Shown: one piece after another, positions 40,841-52,422 of the stretch
Position numbering within the stretch: position 1 is the first letter of the stretch
Layout of the letters: each line of letters begins with the position of its first letter
Source: Mobula birostris
Lineage: Eukaryota
Direction of reading: 5' to 3'
Length of the DNA stretch: 64,000 nt
Assembly (NCBI RefSeq): GCF_030028105.1
Contig: NC_092392.1
Coordinates: forward strand, 40,099,628-40,163,627
Position numbers and translations under genes: made by a program
Notes under the pieces: model-generated
Seen by the model: the letters and a program-made list of their open reading frames with translations, nothing else
Database searches by the model: none
What the model was told of the DNA's origin: nothing

Positions 40841-41489
40841 GTCCCTCCTCTTGGCCTTCCTGGACAAAAATTAAATTTGTATCAGGAAAGGCCAACCTAG
40901 GAGGATCTGATCAAATAGGGCAGCAAAAATGCCCTGTCTCAAAATTCCCCCCAATTTTATGTACCTCGATATCTATCCTAGCATTACCTAATCACTACCT
41001 ACCAAATGTTAAGCAGAGAGGCTGTTCCAAGTCTTTAGTAATGCAGTTCCTTTCATGTTCCTGCAGGCTGACTGCATCTTAATCACATTCCTTTGTCTTC
41101 AGCCCTTTATCCTCTGGTCACTGAAACTCTCCTTCCAGGATCACCCACAGGCTCTCTCATCAATGTACAGGAAGGGGTTGGGGTGGCCTTTACGTAAATG
41201 TCTGCAAGGAACTCTCTCCCTGGTGGCACCCCCTTCCGAACTGTTCCGTTGATCACTGGCTCAACTGCTGAAAAGGGCCAAGCTCCCCAGACTCGGGGTG
41301 ACTGCTTTCAGATGCCGTGTGCAGTCTGAAATGCCTTCGAAGTGGTGGAACTTGCCATCTCTGCTTTAGCTCAAAAATCCCTCCCCGTCTATTTCCCAAA
41401 TAATTTCTATACTATGCTATAAAATTAATCATCTACCTTCAGCAACCAGCCTTCTTTATAGAGTACCATCATCACCACACTTTAGCAGG

Positions 41490-42560
41490 CTATTCATGGT
41501 TTTCCAACACGTTCTCAGTGTCTTCTGCCACACTCTCAGCGTTTTCTGCCCTTGCGTTTTCTCTGAGTATGTTTTCATCAGCTGTGGTCAGGTCTGGCAT
41601 GGCTGGCTGGTGTTCCTCTCTTAGGTTCTCTGTAATTACATGGTGACTCTGTACACTTGGTTCCCCACTCTGTCTGTGGGAGCAACAAGAGGGTGAGTTG
41701 TATGCTTTAACCTGAGTCCAGTGTTTCCACTGGCTGCCTCGCCGAGTCTGTACGCAGACACACGTATCATGGTTAAGAGTACCGTCTGTGGTCCTATCCA
41801 CCTGGGGGCAAACCCCGGCCTTCCTGGTAATACATCCACCCATGTCTTTCCTGTCTCAGCTATAGCTTTGGCTAACGCATTCTTGATTGTTCGGTTCATC
41901 CTTTCTACCATCCCTGAAATCTGGGGGTGGTAGGGTACGTGGAACCATTGTTGAATCCCTAGTAGTTGGCACATTTCCTTTATCACTTGCCCCGTGAAAT
42001 GTGCTCCCTGATCTGAAGCCACCTGAACTGGGGTTCCCCGCCTTGGGAGGATTTCCTGAACTAGGATCCATGCAGCGGTGCAGGGGATGCAGTCCCTTGC
42101 TGGGAAAGCCTCTACCCACCGAGTGAAGTAATCCATGATTACTAGACAGTAACTTTTCCCCCTGCTTTTTGGCAGGGGCCCTGTGAAGTCTATCTGGATG
42201 TTTTCCCAGGGTCCCCTCGGCGGAGGCTGATTTGCCAGCTGTAGCTTTCTGCCCTTACTAGGGTTATGCTGGGCACAAATGATACAACGGTGGCAGAATT
42301 TCTCAACATCCCCGCCCAACGCTAGCCTCCACCAGTCCTGCCAGAGGGTTGTGATCATGCTCTGCCTTCCCTGATACATTGCTCCATGATATAACTTTAG
42401 TAGTATCTGTCTAATACAGGGTGGGGCCACCGTGACTCTTTCCTCCCCGTCTATGTCTAGCATCCATCTGATCCCTCCTTTGCTCCTTTTCTCCTCCATT
42501 TTTCCTTCTCTTCTGCCATTACCTCTTCATATAATTTTACTAAGCTGGCTTCTGTCGTTT
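41490..42560 (-). pseudogene. Integrase of the LTR element
   Basis: Degenerate HHCC (YHGAMYQG...CHRCIIC), IQIDFTGPLP, SDQGAHF, SGMVERMNRTIK; C-terminal PRWIGPQTVLLT...WKHWTQVK after a frameshift. Confidence 0.92.
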
Positions 42561-42737
42561 CCTCTGCACACTTGCAATTTTAATTGCCTCTTGTTCCCCT
42601 GCTTCCTTATTTGCAGTAATGTCTGCCCTCGGAGGAACTGGGAAAACTTTATGTTCTGGAGTGGCCACAGTCTCCCTGGTGTTTTTGTTCCTTCCCTATA
42701 CCCTGAACAGCGGTCAGTGTGTCAGTTTGTGTGGAGT

Positions 42738-44383
42738 CCTGCTTAGGTGGTTTATACAGACCCTCCTCTATTTTAACTGGGTCTATCTCTACCTGCTCAC
42801 AATCTTGCTTGTCTCTAGCCCACACAGCTAGGTACGGGTGACAAGGTAACCCATAGACACCATCCTGGCTCCAGTCTCTAATGATCGGGGCAGCTGCGCC
42901 TATGCTAGGCAGGTTGTGTATTCTGTTGGTTCTATGCGTTCGCTGCCCCTGACTCGTCTATATTATTTCTCCCTTTCCTGAATCTATAACAGCTCCTGCT
43001 TCCCTTAGGATGTCTATTCCAAGGATCGTGCCCTCATTGTTTGGACATACCCAGAAATACACTGGAAGCTGCACTCCCCCGATTTCTAGTATCTGCGATT
43101 CGCTTCTTTTTGCTTTTACTGTTTTCCCTCCTATACCCCTGATATAACTGGCCTCTCCAGTTGTTGGTAAGGGTAAGTCTGTTATCGATACCGATGCCCG
43201 TGTCCACTAACATATCGCATTGCCGTCCCCTTAACAATGCCATTGTGTACATCCGTGAATCACCAGTGCTGCCAGTGGAGCCCGCTGCCACATCTTTTTC
43301 TGCTTTAAGAGGCGCCATTATTAACTCTTTTATCTGATCAACAGTCAGACTGGTTGCTGATGGAGTGAGTGACTGGGTGTCTGCTGTGACCTTCGCCTGG
43401 GTTTTCCCCCTGCCTTTTGGACACTGTCTCCAACCATGTCCTGATAGGCCACACCTGTAGCATATCAACTCCTTCACTGCCTTATACGTGGTATGGTAGT
43501 CCTTTGCTGGGTGCCCTGGCTGCTGGCAAGCAAAACAAACTCTCCGGGACATCACAGCAGCTGCATCCACTATACTCACTTTACGATTTCTCTTGCCTTT
43601 TCTTTGGTCTGTCTCACTGGCCCACGAAACTATCGCAGAGTAGGTGGACCCTACCGTTATACCTAAATCTAAAACTTCCTGGTGGGCTGAGCTCAAGCCT
43701 TCCTTCAGCATTTTTAGGAAGACTGGGTCGTCCCTCCCTGGATTTCCCAACCTGGAATACTCCTCATATGCTCGATATTTATGCTCTGCATAATCCATGG
43801 CTGTCTCATCAGTTTTTTGAATCACTGCCATTATCGTTCCCCAGCTACTCTCGCCTCCCCCCAGCCACTGCCTCACTTCCCCTTTAAAAGAGCGATATCT
43901 TTCTTCATTACTGGCGCTCCCGGTAGTTGTGCATGTACCATCCCGCATCCCCTGGGCCATTCTGTCCCACATATTCCTTGGGCACTTGGCTTTCACTATC
44001 AAATGTATATCTTTAGGGTGCATCTGGTGAATTTCAACCATTTCTTCCAATTTGTGCCAGAACGCTGAATTCCCACAGGCAACTTTAAGTGAGGGCAACT
44101 CGGACAAAATGCTCTGTTTCTTCCCGGGGCTGAAGGGCTTGTGAATAGTCATAATCAAGGTCAAGGGCTGGCTCGGATCATCAGGGTTCTGAACCTGACG
44201 TTGCCAGACCTCAATAGGTGCCATTCTAGTTGATCTCTCTGGGTAAAACCTCCCCCTGAGATAGCTCCATACTAATTCCCACACTACGCAAAATATCATA
44301 GACGGATAGCAGTTAAACAGTACAAACTTAAAACTGCAGAGTACGTATTCCACAATCTGCCACTTTTGAGTACCCGAACCCAT
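42738..44383 (-). pseudogene. gag-pro: gag-protease (plus first residues of RT) of the LTR element
   Basis: Open from MGSGTQ (44383) through a CA-like region, knuckles CFACQQPGHPAKDY (degenerate) and CYRCGLSGHGWRQC, to LVDTG. A 1-nt deletion at ~43197 shifts the frame; the corrected frame gives DTGASVS...RGIGG...TILGIDIL, one TAG, then the RT-start-like VWARDKQDC...PPKQ. Confidence 0.88.
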
Positions 44384-44454
44384 GATGCCTGCTGTATTCT
44401 CTTGTGTCACACTTACAAACACATCATTAAAATACAGCTTTCCGAACGAGTATT

Positions 44455-45877
44455 CAGGTTTCCCCTGCCATCCGAAGGTAGAGCGTTCCTATGAAAAGGT
44501 TCGTAAGCCGGAATATCGTAAAGCGAAGAAGCAATTACCATTTATTTATATGGGAAAATTTTGTGAGCGTTCACAGACCCAAAAATAACCTACCAAATCA
44601 TGCCAAATAACACACAAAACCTAAAATAACAGTAACATATAGTAAAAGCAGGAATGATGTGATAAATACACGGCCTATATAAAGTAGGAATACTTTTCCA
44701 CAATCATTGCCTGAACTGTTCTCCATAGCGAAAATCTCACGCAAGCACTCTCGGCAAAAACACGGCACAAGCGCTCTCCAGTAACCTTTAAACTATGAAG
44801 CTGCCAAATCATACCAAATAACACGTAAAAATACACAGCCTTTATAAAGTAGAAATAATGTATGTACAGTGTAGTATCACTTACCGGAATCGGGAAGACA
44901 GCACCGAGCACACTGATGATGGTGTGTTAGGCTGAGTTGTTGGAGGTTAGGGTGGTGCAGTGGCCCCCACCCTCCGGGCAGCGAATCAATACCAATCAGC
45001 GAAGCATGCAAGGGTACAGCGGTAGCCGGGAGGCACTCAGCACATCTTTTAAGAAAAAAGTCGAAATAAACATGCTAATTAATTAGGTGCCGCCCGGCAC
45101 GTAATTAATTAGCATGTTTCGTTTGGCTTTTTTCTTAGAGATGTGCTGAGTACCTCCCGGCTACCGCTGCATTCTCCGCGAATCGATATCTGTCCGCGGC
45201 CTGGGGTTTGGAGTGGTGGGACACTGGGGTGTCATCTGATCATCGTCTGTTTCCATTAGGGCAGGCAGGTTATCTTCTTCTATCTCTTCCTGCCATGATG
45301 TCGAAGGTCGAGGTTCATCGTCTGATGTGGAAGGCTTGAAAAACGACAGTACGGTATGCTTGACTGCTGAGCCTCAGGCATTTTTCTATCATATAGTTCT
45401 TTGTAACTACTCATTCGGTTTCGATTGTTATCCTTTCCTCTTCCAATTGCATCAGCTCTTCATCTATCAGTTCTTGGTCATGGGATGCCAAAACATCTTC
45501 AACATCATCTTCGTCAACTTCCACAAGCCAAACTCACTTACTCCTTACTTTGTTCACCATGATCGAAACGCTTAATTATGTCTAGTTTTACGCTAAGTGT
45601 AACACCTTTACGAGCTCTTTTAGGCTTTCCTGATACCTTACAACTCATCTTGCAAATGGCTGCTCACAGGCACGTGTTAGAGCAATGCCAGCGAGAATGC
45701 TCTTCCGAATCTGGGGGAGAGCGGCTGCTCGGGGCGCGCGCTGATATTTTTTTTCACGCGCTGCCTTTTTTCGTAACAGTGAAAACACCTTCTGTTAGTG
45801 AAAACAGGGAACTAATGTAGGTCTTTTGTAACAGTGAGGTTTTGTAAAGTGAACGTTCGAAAAGCGGGGGACACCTG
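44455..45877 (-). mobile_element. Internally deleted Tigger/pogo-like DNA transposon nested in the ERV leader
   Basis: TIRs CAGGTTTCCCC.../...GGGGGACACCTG, TA on the right; remnants of the transposase N-terminus (VTLSVKLDIIKRFDHGE) and acidic C-terminus; same family as 29054-30388. Confidence 0.88.
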
Positions 45878-46174
45878 TACACGCTCCTACTCTGGCGTTT
45901 CGAACCGTACCATTGGTTACCACCTTTCGCAACTGGTGGTCCAAGTCTCACCAAGTTAACCAAGTTAACATGCAAAGATTCCTCACGTACATAAACACAC
46001 ATGCACACGCACACACTACTTTTATATCTACCAGTTCAGTTCTCCACGTTCGTGATACCTCGTGTTCCCGTGTGTCCACCGACCGAACAGATCCAAGTGT
46101 GAGTGTTATTTTAGAAAAATACTCACCAATTTAAGACTGCTAGGAACGCTGGCCACACGACGGGTCATGAAGGT

Positions 46175-46192
46175 ATCCCACTTCTGATACCA
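46175..46192 (-). promoter_or_regulatory. Primer-binding site complementary to tRNA-Leu(CAA)
   Basis: Minus strand TGGTATCAGAAGTGGGAT, 2 nt after the 5' LTR; one mismatch to the complement of the vertebrate tRNA-Leu-CAA 3' end (ATCCCACTTCTGACACCA, recalled). Confidence 0.85.
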
Positions 46193-46194
46193 AA

Positions 46195-46748
46195 TGTTGT
46201 AGCGTGGATGAAATTACCGGAGAGACAGAGTCACTGGTAGATACAAAGCAGCTTCTTTATGCGACACAAGGTACAGCAGGCATTTTATGGAAGGAGACGC
46301 TTTCCGCAGAAAGGTCTGCTAGCTCAATGTGGGCTTGATACTTATATGCTAAACACAAAGGCAACCGCTACTTAAAAAGTTATAGACAATGCTTCCTATT
46401 GAAGCTACATACAAAATATCACACCATCCTTTCCTTCCGACGCCAACGTCTGAGTTGGTATCCACAGCCTTTAGGAATGTAAGTTATGTCTATGGTACAT
46501 TTATTTGGCATTTCCCGTGCTAACGTAGAAGACAATTAATATTTATAATGTATAGATAATAGTCTTCAAAACTACAGCATCAAGTCAAACTACGGCGTCC
46601 GAGGCATCTGGTACTCACACCTTTTAGGAAGCCCATTGTGGTGGGCTCAATCCACAGTCCTTTGTCAACCAGTTAAAATAGAAGTCTGGTGGCCAAAGTC
46701 ATTTAAGTGTAAACAAATCATCTACCCAAAAAAATTCACTCTATAACA
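46195..46748 (-). repeat. 5' LTR
   Basis: Direct repeat of 40289-40840 (about 24 substitutions plus 6 indels by manual count); adjacent to the PBS. Confidence 0.95.
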
Positions 46749-48379
46749 GCCTCCGAAACAGAGATCACAGGGCCAGACCCTGCAGGGATTCGCACAGGTG
46801 TGGTTTTATTCTCCATTTCAAAGTGTGCAAAAAAAAACGTTGAGCTCATCTGGGATTGAAGCATCACAGCCATTCATGATGTTAGGTTTCGCTTTGTGGG
46901 TAATAATGGCTTACAACCCCTGCCAGAGCTGATGTGCATCCGATTCCATCTCTAACCTCAACTGGAATTATTTCATTATAGCCTACCCTAGGTCGTACCT
47001 GGACTTCTTGTATTGTTCAGGATCACCAGTATAAGTATGTTCTCGAAGACCTGCACTCATCCACGCTGGTCTTAATTAAGTCGATGACAACTGCAGTATA
47101 TTCACTCAGATTTGAAGATTAATCCTGGAATATTGTCCAGTCCGACTCAGAGCAGTCCTATAATTGCTCCTCTGCCCCTCTTGACCATATCTTCTTGGTC
47201 TTAACCACTGGTTCTGCGGTCTTTATTCTGTGCCTTATACACTGGGAGTAGGAGTACAGCCAAGTGATCAGACTTTTCAGTGTGTGGGTGTGTGGAATGG
47301 TACAGTAAGTGTTCTCTATGGTGGTGTAACAGTGGTCAAGTGTGTTGGCTCCTCTAGTTCCACTGGTGATATGCTGGTGATGGTTGTTCCGAGATTTCAA
47401 GCTGACCTGGTTTAACACCCCATGATGATAGGAAAAGCATCAGAGTGTACTGCTTCATGCCTGCTGATTACAGTGCTCAGCTGCTCCAGTGCCTGCTGAT
47501 GTTGGCTTGAGGTGGCATGTACACTGCTACCAGGATGATGGCGGAAAACTCCCTTGGCATATTAAAAAGAACATTTGACCACTATATAAGACAGAGCTGC
47601 CAAAATTGTGCACCATAATGTTAATCATAAGGCATACTCTTCTACCTTTAAAAGTCAGCTGTCGTGTTTTTGCAGTGAATGGTGTCACCATCGAGTTGCA
47701 CACTGTATCAGAAATGACAGGGGGCAGCCATGTTTCCATAAAGCAAAGTACACAGCAGTCCCTGATGTACCTCTAGAACAGCAATCTTGCTGTGTGGTCT
47801 TCAGTTTTATGTTCTAGAGACTGTATATGCACCAGCAAGATAGTTGGGAGTGGGGGACAAAGGCCTTTGTGTTTCAATCGTGCTTGCAGACCAGCTCGAC
47901 CTCCATATTTCCATTTTCTTAAGGTGGAACTGAAGTCGCAACCCAAGCGTGCAGTCCAATTTTGAGTAGCGATAGAGTTTTGTAAACGTCTTAAAATGAT
48001 GCTTCTTACTGAAGTACCTATAACTGTGACTGGGTTTCAGCTTTAGTGGTCCTTAACGGGGATATTTGATGAATCCCATCTGAGCGGCACTTAGAATCAC
48101 CACATATTGGTGCCATATTACTGACTTGGAGCAGGCTGAAGGGACCAAAAAACTATTCCTCTTACTTTAGATTATTGTCTTCTTTCTTTTTTAAAAATAA
48201 ACAAAACTACCTAATTGATTACAGAGTGAATAATTGTGTATTTTATAGAAGTATTATTTTTCCCAGCAGGGAAGGGTGTGGTGAAATAGATGGGGGAAGG
48301 TGGGTTTGTTCTAATAGTATCAGTGGACTTCTATTTTATTGGCAATGAAAGAAAACAGTGCTTCAACTTTTCATTTTAG

Positions 48380-48519
48380 AATGCTATGCAGACTTTTTGA
48401 AAGAAGAATTTGATGTCAAGACATACACAGCTCAATCAATTCATCAAGCGGTGATTGTTGAACAGTTGGCAAAACTTTCTCAAGGGATCAGTCAACTAGA
48501 TAAAGAGCTTCATGTGCAG
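48380..48519 (+). CDS. COG5: COG5 coding exon 2
   Basis: [46 protein letters not shown]; AG/GT; 140 nt. Confidence 0.96.
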
Positions 48520-49384
48520 GTACAAGCTTTTGTGTTATTCTCTAGATGTAAGATATGAGAAACAACAAATGTGCTTATAAGTTATCCTAACATAATATAC
48601 TGAAATAGTTCCCTCAACTAACGTTATGTCCAACCTAACATTGATCACTTTTGTAACAGTGGTAGCTATTCAGATTTAGTATCACCAGCATGCTGGTCAG
48701 AGGATGCAAATGAAGAGCCATTGTCACAGCCATCCATGTCACTGGAGTACACCGAGCTTCATTATGTATTTATGTTACTTTATAACATGCTGGGATAAAA
48801 GTTATGCTTACTGTTGTATCCATTTACTTCAGTTCAGAAGTCGAGAAGCTACTTATGAAATAGCATAGGGAAATTCACAGGAATAGTATTTTGAACAGCA
48901 TGTGATTGTATATCATTTCACAGACACAGCGGTTCCATTTATTAGGAAATTATTGTAGTTTTAATCATGCTAATTGTTCGTTTTGAAAAAAGGAAAGCCC
49001 TTGACTTCCTCAGCAGGAGACCACAGTCAGCACTGACTGGGAATAACATCTCTGCGCTGGTAGATAACACAGGTGAACTTCAAGGATGCATGTTTGGCCC
49101 ACAGCTCTGTTCTGTCTATGCCCATGACTGGGAGTAGGCACAAGTCAAATGGCCAGTGACACCACTATTATTGGCAGAATCTCAGATGGCAATGAGGTAG
49201 GATACAGTGTGAGATAGATTGGCTGTTTGAGTGCTATTGCAGCAACAACCTTGTACTCAATGTCAGTAAGACTAAGGAATTGATTTGGATTTCAAGAAGG
49301 GGAGAACATACACCACTCCTCATTGAGAGTTCAGTAGAGGAACGAGTGAATAACTTCAAGTTCCTGGGCATCAACAGCTCAGAG

Positions 49385-50675
49385 AACATAAAGTAAATAG
49401 TTGGAGTAGTATCTGACCAATCAAGTCTGCTCTGTTATTCCATCATGGCTGATTTTGTTATCCCTCTCAACCCCATTCTCCCCGTAACCTTTGACACACT
49501 TACTAATCAAGAACCTACCAACCCCTTCTTAAAAATGGCCAATGACTTGGCCTCCACAGCTGTCCATGGCAATGAATTCCATAGATTCACCACCCTCTGG
49601 CTGAAGAAATTCCTTCTCTTCTGTTCTAAAGTGACGTCCCTCTATTCTGAGCCCTCTGGTCCTAGACTCTCCCACTATAGGAATCATCCTCTCCATATCC
49701 ACTCTAGGCTTTTTAATATTTGATAGGTTTCAATGAGATCCACTCTTCTTTTCTTAAACTCCAGCCCGTACAGGCCCAGAACCATCAAATGTTCCTCATA
49801 TGTTAACGGTTTTATTTTGAGGATACTTCTCGTGAACCTCCTTTGAACTGTCTCCAATGCCAGCATGCCTTTTCTTAGATAAGGGGCCCAAAACTGCTCA
49901 CCATATTCCAAGTGTGGTCTGACCAATGCTTTTATAAAGCCTAAGCTTTATAAATATACTAGTCTTTGCTTTTATATTCTGGTCGTTTTGAAATGAATGC
50001 TTACATTGTATTTACCTTCCTTACCACAGACACAGCTTGCAAGTTAACCTTTAGGGAATCTTGCATAAGGACTCCCAAGTCCCTTTGCACCTCTCATTTC
50101 TGAATTTGCTCCCTGTTTAGAAAATAGTCCATGCCTTTATCCCTTCTACCAAAGTGTATGATCATACACTTCTCCACATTGTATTCCATCTGGTACTTTG
50201 TACATTCTGGTAATTCAAGTCCTTCTGCGGTCTCCCTGCTCCTCCACCTATTTTTGTACCTTTGTATTGTCTGCAAACAAGGCCACAAAATGCATTCAAG
50301 CTGTTGACATATAATGTGAAAAGAAGTGGTCCCAACTCTGACCCCTGTGGAACACCGCTAGTCACTGGAATCTAACCAGAAAAGGCTTCCTTTATTCCAA
50401 CACTTTGCCTTCTGCCAGTCACCCAACCTTCTATCCATTCTAGTAGTTTTCTTGTCATACAATGGGCTCTTATCTTGTTAAGCACCCTCAGGTGTGGCAC
50501 CTTATCAAATGCCTTCTGAAAATCCAAATAAACAACATCCACTGATTCTCCTTTGTCTAACCTGCCTGATATTTCCTCAAAGAATTCTAACAGATTTGTC
50601 AGGCAAGATTCCCCCTTAAGGAAACCATGTTGACTTTGGCCTATTTTATCATGTGCCTCCATTCTTAACCTCATT
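49385..50675 (-). mobile_element. CR1-type LINE fragment nested in a Rex1-like LINE
   Basis: QHGFLKGESCLTNLLEFFE, LDFQKAFDKVPH, VRPHLEYGEQFWAPY. Confidence 0.88.
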
Positions 50676-51106
50676 CTTAATCCTCCAGAGGATCTATCGT
50701 GGGCCCAGCATTTCGATATAATTATGAAGAAAGCATATTCATGGCTTTAGGAGATTGAGGATATTTGGTATGTCATCCTAGACCAGTAAACTTATACAGA
50801 TGTACATGGAGTGTATTCTAGCTGGTGGCATTACTGCTTGGCCTGGAGGCTTCAATGCACAAGATTGAAAGATGCTGCAGAGGGTTGTGGACTCAACCAA
50901 CTCCCATCATTAAAGTCACAAACAAGAGAAAATCTGCAGATGCTGGAAATCTGAGTAACACACACAAAATGCTTGGACAGGACTGGCGAAGGGGTTTTGG
51001 CCCAAAACATTGACTGTACTCTTTTTCTGGATGCTGTCTGGCCTGCTGAGTTCCTCCAGAATTTTGTGTGTGTTGCTTCGTCATTAAAGTGGTATCCATC
51101 ATTAAG

Positions 51107-51411
51107 TTAAAGTCTGTCCCGAGCCTTGTGGCCCATCAAGCCGGTGCTTATGCCGGTTTCTGTGGCGTGAAGCGACTGTGAGTAGAAGACTGTCCCCCCC
51201 GCTCCCCCCCACCCGCCCCGGATAGGACGCCAGTCTATCGCGAGGTTAACTCCCAGCATTTGTCGGTACCCATTTTCAGCTAGGTGGACTAGAGCAGTAT
51301 GCGGTTAAGTGCTTTGATCAAAGACACAACACGCTGCCTTGGCTGAGACTCGAACCCACGAGCTTCAGATCGTGAGCCCAATGCCCTAACCTCTTGGTCA
51401 CGCGCCACACG
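51107..51411 (-). mobile_element. tRNA-derived SINE with Nin/Deu-like central domain
   Basis: B box GGTTCGAGTC; central CTAGTCCACCTAGCTGAAAATGGGTACC; 13-bp TSD ATCCATCATTAAG (51094-51106, 51412-51424). Confidence 0.85.
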
Positions 51412-52422
51412 ATCCATCATTAAGGGCCGTCACCATTTGGGCACGGCCTCCTCTGATTACCACCGTCAGGGAGGAGCCTGAAGATTTAGGAACAGCATCT
51501 TCCCCTTTGCCATCGTATTTCTGAATGGCCCATGAGCACTACCTTAATGTTCCTCTTTTGGGCTATTTGTTTATTTTATTTCTTATTGTAATTTAGAGTA
51601 ACTTTTGAAAATATTTTGCACTGTAATGTTGCCACAAAGCAAATTTCATGACCTACTGTAAGTCAGTGATAATAATCCAAATTTCAGTTGAGCAGGGATT
51701 AGTTTAGTTGGGTATTTGATTGCTAATTTGTTCAGTTTGGCATAACATTGTGGGCTGAAGGGCCTGTGGTGTACTAGTCTACATACTGTGTTCTGTACTC
51801 TCCATGGACTGTGCAGTCATGGCGTTTTCCCAGTAATTTCCTGTGGGAACCTGTCAAACAACCTGTAGCAGGTTAGCTCTACCGTGGGAACACCTCCATT
51901 TGTTTGGCTGGAGAGGAATAGCTGCCAAGAATCAAAATAAATATTAGTTAATTTTACAATTTTTAAAAATAGTTTTTGCTTACTTTTAACCTTTTTAATA
52001 GATTTGTTAATCATCAGTTTGAAATCATTTATTTGTTAATAGTTGGAATGGTTTTAGTGAATTTTGAAAGCCAAAAAGCTGGCTGCCAACAGTTCTTTCA
52101 GCATTTTCATGGGTGTGATTTATTGTAGTCTGAAGTGTGGTGTCTTTTTGCTGACCTCAAAGTCGAGTCTAATATTTCTTCCTAGTTACCTGGCGAGGTG
52201 CTGTAGCCACAGTGGCTTGAATGGTGCCTTTTAGTATAGTGCAGTACAAATGTTCCATAAATCCTGTTGAGGTTGATAAAGGGAACATCTTTTTTGGAGC
52301 TTTGTATCAGATTATTATTGGTTGGGTAAAGTTGGTGGGGTTGGGTTTGCAGCACAGCAGATATTTTGGATGGGAATGTATCTAAGACAAGGAAATTTGC
52401 GCAAAAGAATGCACTAGGCTAT

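Larger units (their letters stand above)
40289..46748 (-). mobile_element. Endogenous retrovirus-like LTR element (gag-pro-deltaRT-IN, no env) in COG5 intron 1
   Basis: Two ~550-bp LTRs with TGT...ACA ends (40289-40840, 46195-46748); 5-bp TSD ACCTC/GCCTC; PBS; PPT; gag with CCHC knuckle; DTG protease; DDE integrase. Confidence 0.93.
39030..48000 (-). mobile_element. Rex1/Babar-type LINE, long copy, split by the ERV (39030-40288 and 46749-~48000)
   Basis: IIPVPKKSRVSHLNDYRPEALTS (RT) on the left; TRGANTLDHCYT and ETWL (APE endonuclease) on the right; sequence is continuous across the ERV TSD. Confidence 0.85.

Noticed and set aside
40900-41490. env gene or Gmr1-type (IN-before-RT) order in the LTR element
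   Set aside because: No long ORF or RT motif after IN; the RT start lies before IN, showing standard order with a deletion.
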